This document shows positions 9,130-18,856 of a stretch of 64,000 bases of DNA, piece after piece. The position numbers and the translations under genes were made by a program. Position 1 is the first letter of the stretch, and every line of letters begins with the position of its first letter. The notes below the pieces were generated by a model that had not been told where the DNA came from, did not search any database, and saw only the letters and a program-made list of their open reading frames with translations. The stretch comes from a bacterium (lineage in GTDB: Bacteria > Actinomycetota > Acidimicrobiia > Acidimicrobiales > CATQHL01): NCBI GenBank assembly GCA_026708055.1, contig JAPOVS010000019.1:532-64531 (forward strand), in the 5' to 3' direction.

Positions 9130-11897
9130 GAGCCGACCGTCTCCACCGTCAGGCCCGTCTCATCGCAGAGCCGCAGGGCATACCCTCCCGCCTCGACCTG
9201 TTCGCACGATGTGTCGAGGACGACTGCGCCGGCGAGGGGAGTGCGGCCCCAACCGCCACTGAGGCGGGGCATTGCGCTGACCCACGAGTCGTCGGGATAC
9301 GAGACAGGGATGGCCGCGTCGAAGGCCGCCGCGACCAGTCCTCGGGCTGGGGCGATGCTCGGGTTGCGGCTCAACGACTCGCCGCCGGCGAGCGTCCACG
9401 ACTCGCCGTTCGGCTCGGCGGGCACGACAAGGACCTGAGCCGCTCTGTGACGCGTTCCGGGATGGGTGTCGTCGCTGTCGAGGGTGCCGGTGAGTCCCAC
9501 GAGGGGGCTGTCATGGGTCGCTGTCGGTATGGCCCACTTGATCCCCTCGGCCTTGTCGTAGTCCACTCGCACGAGTTGGGCGAGGGTCGCCTCCTCTGCT
9601 TCGGCCGCGACGGACTCGTCGAAGTCGAAGCCCGAGGCGTCCTCGGGGTCGGCGCGCGTGACGAGATCCGGCACATGCTCCGGCACTCGGACCTCCAGAG
9701 TTCTTGCGCTCTCCCCGCTAGTGAGGCAGGCCCGCGTGGCCATCAGTTCCGCCTTCGGGTAGACGGGCGAACCGAAGCGGGGCGCGCCGCACTGGCCCGT
9801 CGGCCACACGACATGTGCACCAACGGCCTCTCCGGCGGGCGGCGGGCGAAAGCGGCGGACCCGACCGGCGCGCTGTAGCAGCGCGGCGACCGGTGCGGGC
9901 TCTGTGATCAGCGTGTCGAAGTCAACGTCGAACGATTGCTCCACGACCTGCGTGGCAACGAGGATCAGCCGCCGGGGCCGGCCCCTGTTGGCCGGACCAA
10001 CGAGTTCGAGCAGCCTCTTGGAGCGATCACGCCTCACGCCGTGCGGCATGCGGGAGTGGAGGATCTCGACGCTCTCGCCCGGGACGAGCGTCTCATCCAA
10101 GCGCCGCAGCGCCCAGTATGTGGCACAGGCGGCCCGCACGGTCGAACAGACCACGAGCACGCACTCGCCGGGGAGCGAAGCCGCGACGGCCCGCTCGGCC
10201 CTGCGGTCCGGTGCCGCCGCCTCGGGAACATCCTCGGTCTCGACGCGCAACCTCCAATTGCTCCGAGGCGAGACGTCAGCCTTCGACCATCCGTCAGCAG
10301 CAGTCCATGCGACCCAGCCCGGGTAGCCGACACCGCCGGGAGGCTCCGCGTCGCCTGCAAGCACCGGATCTCCGCTCGCATGTCCGGCTCCCGCGTTGGT
10401 GCCGCGCCGACCCCCTTCCTGGTAAGCCGAGGCGAGTTCGGCCACACGGTTCGGCGGCAGTGTCGCCGACAGGATTACCACCGGTGCACCGAGCGCAGCG
10501 AGCCACTCAACCGCGCGCCCTAGCAACTTCCTCATGTACGGATCGAGGGCGTGAGCCTCATCGACGATCAACGTTCCGCAGGCTGTCGCGAGGAGCCTCA
10601 CCGGCGAGTGCTTCGCCTTCAGCGCTCCCAGCAGCACCTGATCGACTGTGCCCACCCCGAACGGCGCGAGCAGCGCCTTGCGGGTGCCTGACATCCAATT
10701 GGCCGCCGAACGCACCGCGTCTCGATCGTCGGAGATCGGCACGGAGCCCGAGTCATACAGGATGGACTGCGAGTGGACCCTTCGGAGGCTGTGGCCTTCA
10801 TGCGAGAGGCGATCGAGGTAGCTCTGCAGCCGCTCGTGGAGGCCTTCAACCGTTGCCACAGTCGGCATGGCGAAGAAGAACCCGTGCCTGCCCGACGCCT
10901 CAGCGAACCGCTCAGCTGCGATGAGTCCTGCCTCCGTCTTCCCGTCGCCCGTCGGCGCGCAAATGAACGCAATCCCGGGTGCCGAAGGACAGAACTTGTC
11001 CACGAGGCTCGCCTGTAGATCGGTCCATGCTGCCCGATCCGAATCGAACATGGCGGCGGCGTTCGGGACTCTGCGCACAGCCGGGGCCGTCAACCCGTTC
11101 TTGGCCAAGTGCAGGCTGGCCAGCTCCGAAGCGCGCTCGTAGTGGGCGAGCGGATCCCATGAGACCGGGTGGTCGCCAAGATGCGCCTGTTGACGCTCGA
11201 TGAGTTCCGAAGAGGAAGCGATCCAGTCAGCTAGAACGACGACTGCGAGCGTCACCGATGCCGCAGGGGTAGGAAGCCTGATGTCGGGAAGCTCGCCCAC
11301 GACCTCGTCAAGGATCTCCCACAAGCGGCTGCGCTGCCTCAGCAGCTCATCAGGCGGGTCGTCGTCAACCAACCCAGCGCCGCCCACAAGGCGAAGCCAT
11401 TTCTCCTGGAGTGGACGGATCGTGCCGTGGTGCCCTCCGACGATCTGAGCGGCGCGATGGCGGTCTCTATGATGGTCCAGCCGGTCCCAGGCCAAACATG
11501 CCCCTACCTGATCGTGCGCCCCCACGCCTGACCGATCCTGTCGTCCGCGCGCCCAATCCGGGCATGCGGTAGCGTCGCCGTCCTGGAACCCGCACGAGGC
11601 CTTGCCGATGTCGTGCCAACCCGCCAGCACCGTCACCGTCTGCGCCCATTCAGCGGGCGTCGATTCCATCCACCGAGCGGCTCGTTTCGCAAGCGAATCC
11701 GGAACGAAGCCCGTGGCAACGACCTGCGCTGCTGCGGCCGCGTCCAACAGATGAGCTATCAGAGGATACGGCGTGTCAAGTCCGCGCGACTTCCCCCAAA
11801 GCGCAAACGGCGCCGAAGCTGACTCCAATGAACCAACCCCGCCACCACGGTTGAGCACCGATGGGGTCGAGGGCTCGCAGGAACTCGGAGAGCCCAT
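9126..11897 (-). CDS. cas3: Cas3 HD nuclease / DEAD-box helicase
   Basis: 923 aa. It has an N-terminal HD region (…LWGKS…YPLIAHLLD…GWHDIGK…) followed by helicase motifs (…CAPTGDGKTE…, …LIVDEAHA…). The exact start is uncertain (the ORF maximum is given). Confidence 0.93.
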   Translation of the reverse strand: MGSPSSCEPSTPSVLNRGGGVGSLESASAPFALWGKSRGLDTPYPLIAHLLDAAAAAQVVATGFVPDSLAKRAARWMESTPAEWAQTVTVLAGWHDIGKASCGFQDGDATACPDWARGRQDRSGVGAHDQVGACLAWDRLDHHRDRHRAAQIVGGHHGTIRPLQEKWLRLVGGAGLVDDDPPDELLRQRSRLWEILDEVVGELPDIRLPTPAASVTLAVVVLADWIASSSELIERQQAHLGDHPVSWDPLAHYERASELASLHLAKNGLTAPAVRRVPNAAAMFDSDRAAWTDLQASLVDKFCPSAPGIAFICAPTGDGKTEAGLIAAERFAEASGRHGFFFAMPTVATVEGLHERLQSYLDRLSHEGHSLRRVHSQSILYDSGSVPISDDRDAVRSAANWMSGTRKALLAPFGVGTVDQVLLGALKAKHSPVRLLATACGTLIVDEAHALDPYMRKLLGRAVEWLAALGAPVVILSATLPPNRVAELASAYQEGGRRGTNAGAGHASGDPVLAGDAEPPGGVGYPGWVAWTAADGWSKADVSPRSNWRLRVETEDVPEAAAPDRRAERAVAASLPGECVLVVCSTVRAACATYWALRRLDETLVPGESVEILHSRMPHGVRRDRSKRLLELVGPANRGRPRRLILVATQVVEQSFDVDFDTLITEPAPVAALLQRAGRVRRFRPPPAGEAVGAHVVWPTGQCGAPRFGSPVYPKAELMATRACLTSGESARTLEVRVPEHVPDLVTRADPEDASGFDFDESVAAEAEEATLAQLVRVDYDKAEGIKWAIPTATHDSPLVGLTGTLDSDDTHPGTRHRAAQVLVVPAEPNGESWTLAGGESLSRNPSIAPARGLVAAAFDAAIPVSYPDDSWVSAMPRLSGGWGRTPLAGAVVLDTSCEQVEAGGYALRLCDETGLTVETVGS

Positions 11898-12754
11898 CAG
11901 CGCCCGAATCCTCGTAGGGGTTTTCGCACGGCGGTCAGGTTAGGTCAGGGGTACGACACAGGTGGCTCCATCAGTGTGGTCGCTCGCGTCGACAGCGGCG
12001 TGAGGTCCTCCCTCCAACGAGGAGGTCCTCCTCTTCGTTGTTGGGCGGTCGGCATTTCCCTCCGGTTGACCGGTCAGGCGGCGTTCGGCTACGGGACGGG
12101 TCCGTGCCTACCGCTGCGCGTCCGACGTCGACCGCACCGCGGCGCCCGACTCCAGCGCCATGAACAACGCGGAGTCCGGGACTATCCGTCGCAGCTGCCG
12201 GCGGCGGGGCCGCGGCCACTTCTTCCAGCCGGTGGCCACCGCGATCCCGCGGCAGCGGCCCAGCCCGACCGTAGGCGTCCCCGCGGTCGTCCGCCATCCA
12301 AGCGCACACCGCCGCGGCGGGACGCTGTCCGGCGGCCGCGCCAGGACCAGACCAAGTGGCCGAGCGAGTAGGCAAGCGACGCTGGCCCATACGGGCCTGG
12401 CCATGGCCCCAGCGGGCCGTGAACGCAACGAACAACAGTGGCAAACACCCTGCTGCAACAGCCCCTCATTGAAGCTTCAGGATGAGTTGGACCTGCGCGA
12501 ACTCGGGCTCACATTCGGCGGAGTGCGCACGCCGCCCCTCATTGCAGCTGGATCGTGTCGCGCGCCGGCGGGTCGCTGGCACCGGCGATTCGGCGACAGC
12601 AATCAGGTAGCGGGTCAGGCTTCACATGGAAGGGCTGCCTGACCTCGCCGCGCTGTCGAACAGGCGTTGGGTGTCGGCCGTGCGCACGGATTGGGGGGAT
12701 TCGAACACCCGTTGGGGATTTGTTGGGGATTTCGCCGGTTTTATTGATTTAGGC

Positions 12755-12783
12755 TTGAATAATTGCACTATTGTTGGTAGTGT
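12755..12783 (+). promoter_or_regulatory. Putative promoter of the DUF222/HNH gene, leaderless-type
   Basis: TTGAAT (12755-12760), 17-nt spacer, TAGTGT (12778-12783), with the ATG at 12791 only 7 nt downstream. It lies in a locally AT-rich stretch. Confidence 0.35.
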
Positions 12784-12790
12784 TACAGGC

Positions 12791-14305
12791 ATGGAATTCG
12801 TGGGCGGGAGTAGGCATCTGCGTTTCGAGCCGGTGCCGCCGCTTGCGCCGGTGAGCTTGGAGCGGTTCTGGGACGAGGTGGCGTGGCAGCGCCGCAACCT
12901 GGAGGAGGGCGACACACTGGTGCCCCGCCCCGAGAGCCGCTCCTTCACGGTGCGCTACCGGTTCGGGGGCCTACCCGCGGAGCGGTCCGAGCGGGTCACC
13001 GCCACCGGCACCGAGACGACGTTCCTGTCCCAGCATCAGTGGGGCGAGGGGACCGGCAAGGTCGACTGCGGGGACTGCGGCGCGCTGGTGCGGGTCTCCT
13101 GCAAGGATCCCGAGAAGATGAGCGATGGCGAGCTGCAGGACCGGATAGTGGACCTGGCCGAGGCGCGGGCGCGCCTGGACGGGGAGTACCTCGCGGCGCT
13201 GGGGGAGTACGCGTCACGCTCGGGCGTGGCGGGCGCGGCGCATCGGTTGCGGGAGATGAACCGCATGACCTCCATGGCGGCCCGCGGCGACGCCCGCCTG
13301 GCCCTGGAGCTCAAGGAGAACGATCTCGGCGACACGATCGAGGCCCTCCGCGCCGGGAAGGTGAACATGGCGCACGCGCGGGTGATCGCCCGCGAGGCGC
13401 CCAAGAAGCACCGCCGCAGCGAGGACAAGTTTCTCGAGTTGTGCCGCGCCTACCCCGCCGACATCGTCGCCAAGCACCCCTTCGCGTACCAATCCGAGGA
13501 GATGTACGCCGACCTTGCCGCCGAACAGGCCGCCAAGAGTCGCGAGCCCGCCGACGCCGAGTACGCCCTCCAGCGCGCCGAACGCAAGGCGACCATGAAC
13601 TGCGGCGCCGACGGCCTGTGGCACCTGCGGGGCCGCTTCGACTTCCTCACCGGACGGCGAATCAATCAGGCGCTCGCCGCCGCGGTCCGAAGCCGGAAAC
13701 AGCACGAGGGCTCCGCCGACCACACGCCCGCCCAGCATGCCGCCGACGCGCTCGCCGAACTCCTCTGCGGCCAACCCGGCGGGCGGCCCGACACCCAGCT
13801 GCTGATCCTCGCCGACTACGACTGCACTGCCGACACCCTACGGAACCCCCGCCTGGACGACGGCACGCCCCTGTCGGCGGAGCTCCTCGCCCAAGAGGCC
13901 CTCGACGCCGAGGTCTACTGCGCCGTGTTCAACGCCGACTGGACCAACCTCGCCCTCGGACGCAGCCGCAACGCCTCAGACGCCCAACGCCTCATCCTCG
14001 CCGCCCGCGACGGCGGCTGCGCCCACTGCGGCGCCCACACCGAAGCGACCCACGCCCACCACCGCCTCCCCCACGCCGCCGGCGGCTTGACAGAAATCAC
14101 CAACCTCCAACTCCTCTGCGCACCCTGCCACACCCACCACCACCAAACCGACGACACCGACACGGGCCACCACCGCGCAAGCCGGCCTGAACACTCCGAC
14201 CGCAGCAAACAGCCCCCCGCCCGGCCCCCCGACAGACCCACTGGGAACCATCCGCCGCCCTCCACAGCCACCACCCGCGCCACCGCCACCACCCGCGGCC
14301 CCTGA
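12791..14305 (+). CDS. DUF222 domain / HNH endonuclease (13E12-repeat-type protein)
   Basis: The central region resembles DUF222. The C-terminal HNH motif is …GCAHCGAHTEATHAHHRLPHAAGGLTEITNLQLLCAPCHTHHH…, followed by a Pro/Thr-rich tail. Start taken at MEFVGGSRHL after the AT-rich promoter-like stretch. Confidence 0.8.
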   Translation: MEFVGGSRHLRFEPVPPLAPVSLERFWDEVAWQRRNLEEGDTLVPRPESRSFTVRYRFGGLPAERSERVTATGTETTFLSQHQWGEGTGKVDCGDCGALVRVSCKDPEKMSDGELQDRIVDLAEARARLDGEYLAALGEYASRSGVAGAAHRLREMNRMTSMAARGDARLALELKENDLGDTIEALRAGKVNMAHARVIAREAPKKHRRSEDKFLELCRAYPADIVAKHPFAYQSEEMYADLAAEQAAKSREPADAEYALQRAERKATMNCGADGLWHLRGRFDFLTGRRINQALAAAVRSRKQHEGSADHTPAQHAADALAELLCGQPGGRPDTQLLILADYDCTADTLRNPRLDDGTPLSAELLAQEALDAEVYCAVFNADWTNLALGRSRNASDAQRLILAARDGGCAHCGAHTEATHAHHRLPHAAGGLTEITNLQLLCAPCHTHHHQTDDTDTGHHRASRPEHSDRSKQPPARPPDRPTGNHPPPSTATTRATATTRGP

Positions 14306-14427
14306 ACCCCACACGCCACGAGCACCGACCGGCGGCCCCTGGGCTTCCCCGTGCGCGTCACCAGAGTGTCGCAGACGCCCGCCCGCCGGGCCCCAGAAGG
14401 GGACGACGAGGGGGACGGACCTGCTAG
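14220..14427 (+). repeat. Direct repeat R1 copy A (last ~85 nt of the HNH gene + ~120 nt of 3' flank)
   Basis: 14220-14241 and 14290-14427 align with 29370-29525 at ~95% identity. There is one 48-nt segment present only in copy A and one 4-nt indel. Confidence 0.9.
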
Positions 14428-14532
14428 TGTCGTGAGCCGTTAGTTCGTTGGTGGTGCGGTGTTGTGGGTTAGGGCGGCGGCGAGTGGGCGGTGATCGGAG
14501 ACGATCATGACCCAGACGATCATTGCCCAAGA

Positions 14533-15183
14533 TCAGTGGGCGCCGCGGCGGGGTGGCCTTTCGGCGGTTGTTGTCGAGTTCAGCGAGGTTGAGCGGGAGA
14601 CGTGCGAACGCCACGAGTTCTCGTCGGCGGCGAGAGCAGCCTCGGCGGGGGTCGTAAAGACGAACGACTGATCCGAGAACTCCCAGAAAGCCGTGGTGAG
14701 CGACTTGATGACGCATGGGCCTGTTTCCGTTACGAACGCTGCGGCTTTTCGCCTGTCACACGTCAGCACGGTGCGAGGCACATCGAACCCGGTCCGGGTT
14801 GCGACAACGAGTTGGTCGGGCTTGGTCTCTGCGACGTGGACCCGAAGCGGATCGTTCAGCCACCGGACGCCGAGGAGACGGATCAGCGACAGCCAGGCCA
14901 ACCACTGGCGGCGGGCGACGAGGATGTCATCTATCTCCTCCGGTGCCGGTGCCGGACCGTAGGGATCCCTGTCGGGCAGCAACTGCCGCAGCCAGGCGAC
15001 CCGTGGGCGCTCGTCGGTGCTCCAGCCATGCGGGCGGAGCACAGCGGCGAGGTCACCGAGTGGGGTGAGGTCTTCCCTGTTGATCCGCTGTACGCGGAGC
15101 GCGGGTTCGTTGTGAGCAAGCCAATGGACGACGCGGTCAAGTGAGTAGTCGGATTCGTTTGACAGGACGAGGATGTCTGTCAT
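14533..15183 (-). pseudogene. ATP-grasp ligase, RiPP-maturase-like (MdnC/MvdD-like N-terminal two-thirds), apparently 3'-truncated
   Basis: MTDILVLSNESDYSLDRVVHWL… and …GPCVIKSLTTAF… resemble the pre-ATP-grasp and central lysine regions of this family. The ORF stops at 216 aa, where ~320 aa is expected, and its last ~25 aa look unrelated. Confidence 0.5.
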
Positions 15184-15365
15184 GCGCCTTTCTGATCCTC
15201 GCCGGTCTCGATGTCGGCCTTCTTCGTCTGCAGGGTGGCCCGGGCTTCCCACGAGTCGAGCCAGACGCCGTCCTCGAGAATCTGCGATGTCTGAGTGCGG
15301 CTGACGTAGCGGGACATCGGCCGTGGCGTCGTCGGGCGCTTGGTGCGGAGTTGCTTGAGAAGCAT
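15180..15365 (-). CDS. Small ORF (61 aa), candidate graspetide-type precursor peptide
   Basis: GGAGG sits 8 nt upstream of the ATG at 15365. The stop overlaps the ATP-grasp ATG (ATGA). The C-terminus is ATLQTKKADIETGEDQKGA, rich in Thr/Lys/Asp/Glu. Confidence 0.4.
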   Translation of the reverse strand: MLLKQLRTKRPTTPRPMSRYVSRTQTSQILEDGVWLDSWEARATLQTKKADIETGEDQKGA

Positions 15366-15520
15366 CGAGGGCACCTCCGTCGTCGGTATGGGCGTCACCG
15401 GGCAGGCAGCCAGCAACTCGCTGAAGGGCCGACCCCGGCGACTGTGGCCAAGCGTAGCGCCCGCGCCGGTCACGGTACGAGGCGGGCGGGTGCACGCATG
15501 TGACAACTTGAGAGGTCGTC

Positions 15521-15925
15521 TCAGGGTGACCCGTCCAGTTCGAATAGTGGCAGGTTCATGGAGCGAGCCGCCGTGGTCATGCGCCGGTCGAAGCTGGCCA
15601 GAGCGACCGATTGGCCGTGCTCAAGCAGATATGAGCACGACGCCAGATGCAGAGCGTCGAGGGTGCGCAAGGCGTCGGGGCCGGGAAACGGCTCCAGCGC
15701 CCGCGCCAGAACCGGTGCGGTGAGTTCCAGCAGCGCGACCCGCCCGATCAGCTGGCGGGCCGCCTCGCCGTGGACACCGGTTAGCCCGCGACCGTGCAGC
15801 GGGACCCAAACCTCGTATTCCAGCAACCGGCTGGAAATCAGGGTCTCGCTCCAGAGCGAGGCCGGCGGCTGGCGATCTTCGGCGAGAAGATGTGCGAGCG
15901 CGACCGACGTATCGAGATAGATCAA
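15521..15925 (-). CDS. vapC: PIN-domain toxin (VapC family)
   Basis: 134 aa with MIYLDTSVALAHLL… and …DALHLASCSYL…, consistent with PIN acidic residues. Start overlaps the upstream antitoxin stop. Confidence 0.85.
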   Translation of the reverse strand: MIYLDTSVALAHLLAEDRQPPASLWSETLISSRLLEYEVWVPLHGRGLTGVHGEAARQLIGRVALLELTAPVLARALEPFPGPDALRTLDALHLASCSYLLEHGQSVALASFDRRMTTAARSMNLPLFELDGSP

Positions 15926-16215
15926 CGGTCCTGGCGGCTCTTGTCCAATTCAGCCAGAATCTCGTCCAGCCGCGCGACCGCTGGAGGCTTCGGCGGCGGC
16001 CCCGAACCGCCCAGGGCCGGGGGCGTGAGCATGCCGGTCCGCACCGCATCGGCTAGGAAGGCATCGGCCAGGACCGGGCTCCGGGTCTCTCTGAGCGGTC
16101 CGAGTTCCGCCACCACTCGGTCGCGATCGGTCACCAGGATCGTCTCGCCCGACGCGGCAAGCCGGACGTACTCGCTCAACCGGCTGTTCAGCACCTTTAT
16201 CCCGACCGACCTCAT
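15922..16215 (-). CDS. vapB: Phd/YefM-type antitoxin (VapB)
   Basis: 97 aa with …LSEYVRLAASGETILVTDRDRVVAEL…. Lies immediately upstream of and overlapping the PIN gene. Confidence 0.8.
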   Translation of the reverse strand: MRSVGIKVLNSRLSEYVRLAASGETILVTDRDRVVAELGPLRETRSPVLADAFLADAVRTGMLTPPALGGSGPPPKPPAVARLDEILAELDKSRQDR

Positions 16216-16428
16216 GTGCTTAATGTAGCGTCTAGTTGCTACTTTGGCAATCGGACTCGCAGGTCGGCGATCCGATCGCCCGACTCAGCGGGAACCGCGC
16301 TGAGCCGGTGCTGGCGAGGTTCCCGCCCCCGCCTGCGTGACCGCCTCGCCCAGCCAGCGCCCCTCGTGGCCGCAGGCGCGAGTATTACTATTCCCCGGAC
16401 CGGTTGCCGCACGCCCCGGATTGGTCAC

Positions 16429-17373
16429 ATGCTCACTCCCCGCCAGTTGTACGAGACCGTGCTTCGTATGCGGCTCCTCGAGGAGGGTGTCGGAGGGGCG
16501 GTCCAGACCGGCGAGATCCATGGAGAGATGCATCTCGGCGTCGGCCAGGAGATGGTCTCGGCCGTGATGGGTCCGCATCTGCAGCCACGCGACGCGCTCG
16601 TGTCCACCCATCGTCCCCATCTCCATGCGCTCGCCAAGGGCGTGGATCCCGTCCAGATGCTCGCCGAGTTGCTGGAGAGGGACGGTCTCAACAGGGGCAA
16701 GGGTGGGCACATGCACCTCTTCGATCCGACCGCGAACTTCATGTGCACGGGCATCGTCGGTTCCGGCGCGCCGCTTGCCGCCGGCTATGCGCTCCACCAG
16801 AAACTCGTTGCCGAAGGTGGGCTGACCGTCGCCGTCGTCGGTGAGGGAGCGATGAACCAGGGCGCCGTCTTCGAGACCATGAACCTGGCGGCGGTTCTGT
16901 CCCTGCCGATGGTCTTCCTGTGCGAGAACAATGACTACGGCATCAGTGTCCCGCGAGAGACTTCCACGGCCGGAAACCTCGTCGAGCGAGGCGCGGGCTT
17001 CGGGATCCGCGGATGGGAGTGCGACGGCGTCGACCCGCGGGCGCTGGACGAAGCTTTCTCGTCAGCGTTCTCCGAGACGCGCGAGCATGCGCGTCCAACC
17101 CTGATCGTGGCGCACGTGTACCGGTTCCGCGGGCACTACGAGGGCGATACCGACCACTATCGGCCTGCTCAGGAGAAGGAGACCGCTCTCCGGGAGCGGG
17201 ATCCGCTCTCGGTGGCGCGGCGCGAACTGGCCGGCACCGGTTGGTCGGATGATCGGATCGCTGCACTCGAGGGTGAGGTCGCGAGCGAAGTGGCCGGCTG
17301 GTTCGAGGCCGCCCGCTCGTTGCCGTTCCCGGATCCGTCCGAAGCCCGCCGCGGGACCTTTGTCGATGCCTGA
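16429..17373 (+). CDS. TPP-dependent 2-oxoacid/acetoin dehydrogenase E1 alpha subunit
   Basis: MLTPRQLYETVLRMRLLEE…GEMHLGVGQE…GKGGHMHLFD… is typical of E1 alpha. Internal ATG at 16429 chosen. Confidence 0.85.
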   Translation: MLTPRQLYETVLRMRLLEEGVGGAVQTGEIHGEMHLGVGQEMVSAVMGPHLQPRDALVSTHRPHLHALAKGVDPVQMLAELLERDGLNRGKGGHMHLFDPTANFMCTGIVGSGAPLAAGYALHQKLVAEGGLTVAVVGEGAMNQGAVFETMNLAAVLSLPMVFLCENNDYGISVPRETSTAGNLVERGAGFGIRGWECDGVDPRALDEAFSSAFSETREHARPTLIVAHVYRFRGHYEGDTDHYRPAQEKETALRERDPLSVARRELAGTGWSDDRIAALEGEVASEVAGWFEAARSLPFPDPSEARRGTFVDA

Positions 17374-18379
17374 ATCGACGAGCGCGTCCGATCGCCGCAC
17401 CGGCTCGCACCTCGTAGCCGAAGTGTTGATGGAGGAGATGCGGCAGGACGACCGGATAGTCGTGTTCGGCGAGGACGTCGGCGCGCTCGGAGGCGTCTTC
17501 GGTGCCACGCGGCGACTGCAGCGTGAGTTCGGCAATGCCCGTGTCTTCGACACACCCATCTCGGAGACGGCGTTCGTCGGCATGGCGATCGGGGCGGCAC
17601 AGGCAGGGCTGCGGCCGGTCGCCGAGATCATGTTCGTCGACTTCGTCGGCGTGTGCTTCGATCAGGTGCTGAACCAGATGGCCAAGAACCACTACATGTC
17701 CGGTGGGCGGGTCAGGGTGCCGCTGGTCATGCGTACCGCGGTCGGCAGCATCGGTTCGGCGGCCCAGCACTCCCAGGTCCTGTCTGCCACCTTCGCCCAC
17801 ATCCCTGGGATCAAGGTGCTCTTCCCCGCGACGCCTGGGGATCTCCGGGGTCTCCTCGTCGCGGCGATCCGGTCGGACGATCCCGTCGTCTTCCTCGAGC
17901 ACAAGTGGTTGCTGAAGTCACGGCTGGTCGAACTCCCGTTCAACGACGCGGACTCGCCGGACTCGCCGGTCGAGCCTGCGGCGGTCGGCGAGGTGCGCAG
18001 GATCCGCGACGGGTCGGATGTCACGATCATCGCCAGCGGCTGGATGGTGCAGCAGGCCGTGCTTGCAGCCCGAGAGCTCGAATCGGGGGGCATCTCTGCG
18101 GGGGTCGTGGACATCAGGTCGCTCGTCCCACTCGATCGAGAGGGGCTGGCGAGCGAGGCTCAGAGAGCGCCATGTGCGCTGATCGTGGATGAGGATTTCG
18201 CCGGCTTCGGCACCACCGGCGAGGTGATGGCATCCATCGCAGAGCGAATCCCCGGCGAGGTGCGCATGGCGCGGCACGCTCTGGAGGTACCCCAGCCGGC
18301 GTCGCTGGTGCTGGAGGAGCAAGTCGTGCCGTCCGCCCGATCCATCGTCCGGCAGGCCGAGCGACTGCTGCGGGCCTGA
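17366..18379 (+). CDS. 2-oxoacid dehydrogenase E1 beta subunit
   Basis: …VFGEDVGALGGVFGATRRLQREFG..RVFDTPISE… is typical of E1 beta. The ATG overlaps the E1 alpha stop. Confidence 0.88.
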   Translation: MPESTSASDRRTGSHLVAEVLMEEMRQDDRIVVFGEDVGALGGVFGATRRLQREFGNARVFDTPISETAFVGMAIGAAQAGLRPVAEIMFVDFVGVCFDQVLNQMAKNHYMSGGRVRVPLVMRTAVGSIGSAAQHSQVLSATFAHIPGIKVLFPATPGDLRGLLVAAIRSDDPVVFLEHKWLLKSRLVELPFNDADSPDSPVEPAAVGEVRRIRDGSDVTIIASGWMVQQAVLAARELESGGISAGVVDIRSLVPLDREGLASEAQRAPCALIVDEDFAGFGTTGEVMASIAERIPGEVRMARHALEVPQPASLVLEEQVVPSARSIVRQAERLLRA

Positions 18380-18382
18380 CGC

Positions 18383-18856
18383 ATGTCACAGGTCGTCGCG
18401 TTCAATCACTTCAACGTCACCGTGAGCGACATGGATCGCTCGCTCGTGTTCTGGCGGGACCTGCTGGGCCTCGACCTGCTCGGGAGGGGGATCGTCGAGT
18501 ACCGCCATCTGGATGAGATCGTGGGGCTCGAGAACACCCGCATCGAGTGGGCCGAACTGGCGCTCCCGGGCGGGGGGATGATCGAGGTGTTCCGGTATCA
18601 CCGTCCGGTGGGCAGCGCCGTGCGCCCTCGGATCCCCGACCCGGGCTGCACGCACGTCTGCCTGGAGGTCGAGGGGTTGGACCGGCTGGTCGAGCGGCTC
18701 CGGGACGCCGGCGTCAACACCCGGTCGCGGCGGCCGGTGCGGATCCCGTTCGGCGACTGGAAGGATGTCAAGTCGATCTACGTCCAGGACCCGGACGGGG
18801 TCACGGTGGAACTGATCGAGCAACCGACCGGGCAGCCACAGCGCGCCGCGTCATGA
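18383..18856 (+). CDS. VOC (glyoxalase/bleomycin-resistance/dioxygenase) family protein
   Basis: 157 aa with …FNHFNVTVSDMDRSLVFWRDLLGL…. Confidence 0.8.
   Translation: MSQVVAFNHFNVTVSDMDRSLVFWRDLLGLDLLGRGIVEYRHLDEIVGLENTRIEWAELALPGGGMIEVFRYHRPVGSAVRPRIPDPGCTHVCLEVEGLDRLVERLRDAGVNTRSRRPVRIPFGDWKDVKSIYVQDPDGVTVELIEQPTGQPQRAAS

Noticed and set aside
12457-12550. Two copies of GCCCCTCATTG[A/C]AGCT 75 nt apart in the ~890-bp gene-less region upstream of cas3, plus a tandem GGTCAGG motif at 11934-11953 and an imperfect palindrome at ~12013-12046
   Set aside because: Each motif has only two copies, no flanking repeat-spacer periodicity (so not a second CRISPR) and no recognisable operator context. 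They may be regulatory, but I cannot support a call from sequence alone.
12681-12705. tRNA T-arm-like string GGGGGGATTCGAACACCCG (reverse complement …GGGTGTTCGAATCCCCCC), considered as a minus-strand tRNA or tRNA-3'-end att remnant
   Set aside because: The putative T-stem pairs at only 4 of 5 positions. No complementary acceptor 5' strand, D-arm or anticodon arm exists in the AT-rich 70 nt that would have to contain them. At most it is a short remnant and cannot be supported as a gene.
12883-14716. Alternative-frame ORFs over the HNH gene (435-aa R/P-rich + strand ORF; 246-aa and 186-aa minus-strand ORFs), including the MTRTGKPRGRRSVLVACG… peptide present in both R1 copies
   Set aside because: Their composition is typical of off-frame GC-rich translation. 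The shared peptide simply reflects the DNA repeat. One difference between copies is synonymous in that frame, but that is too little evidence for a gene.
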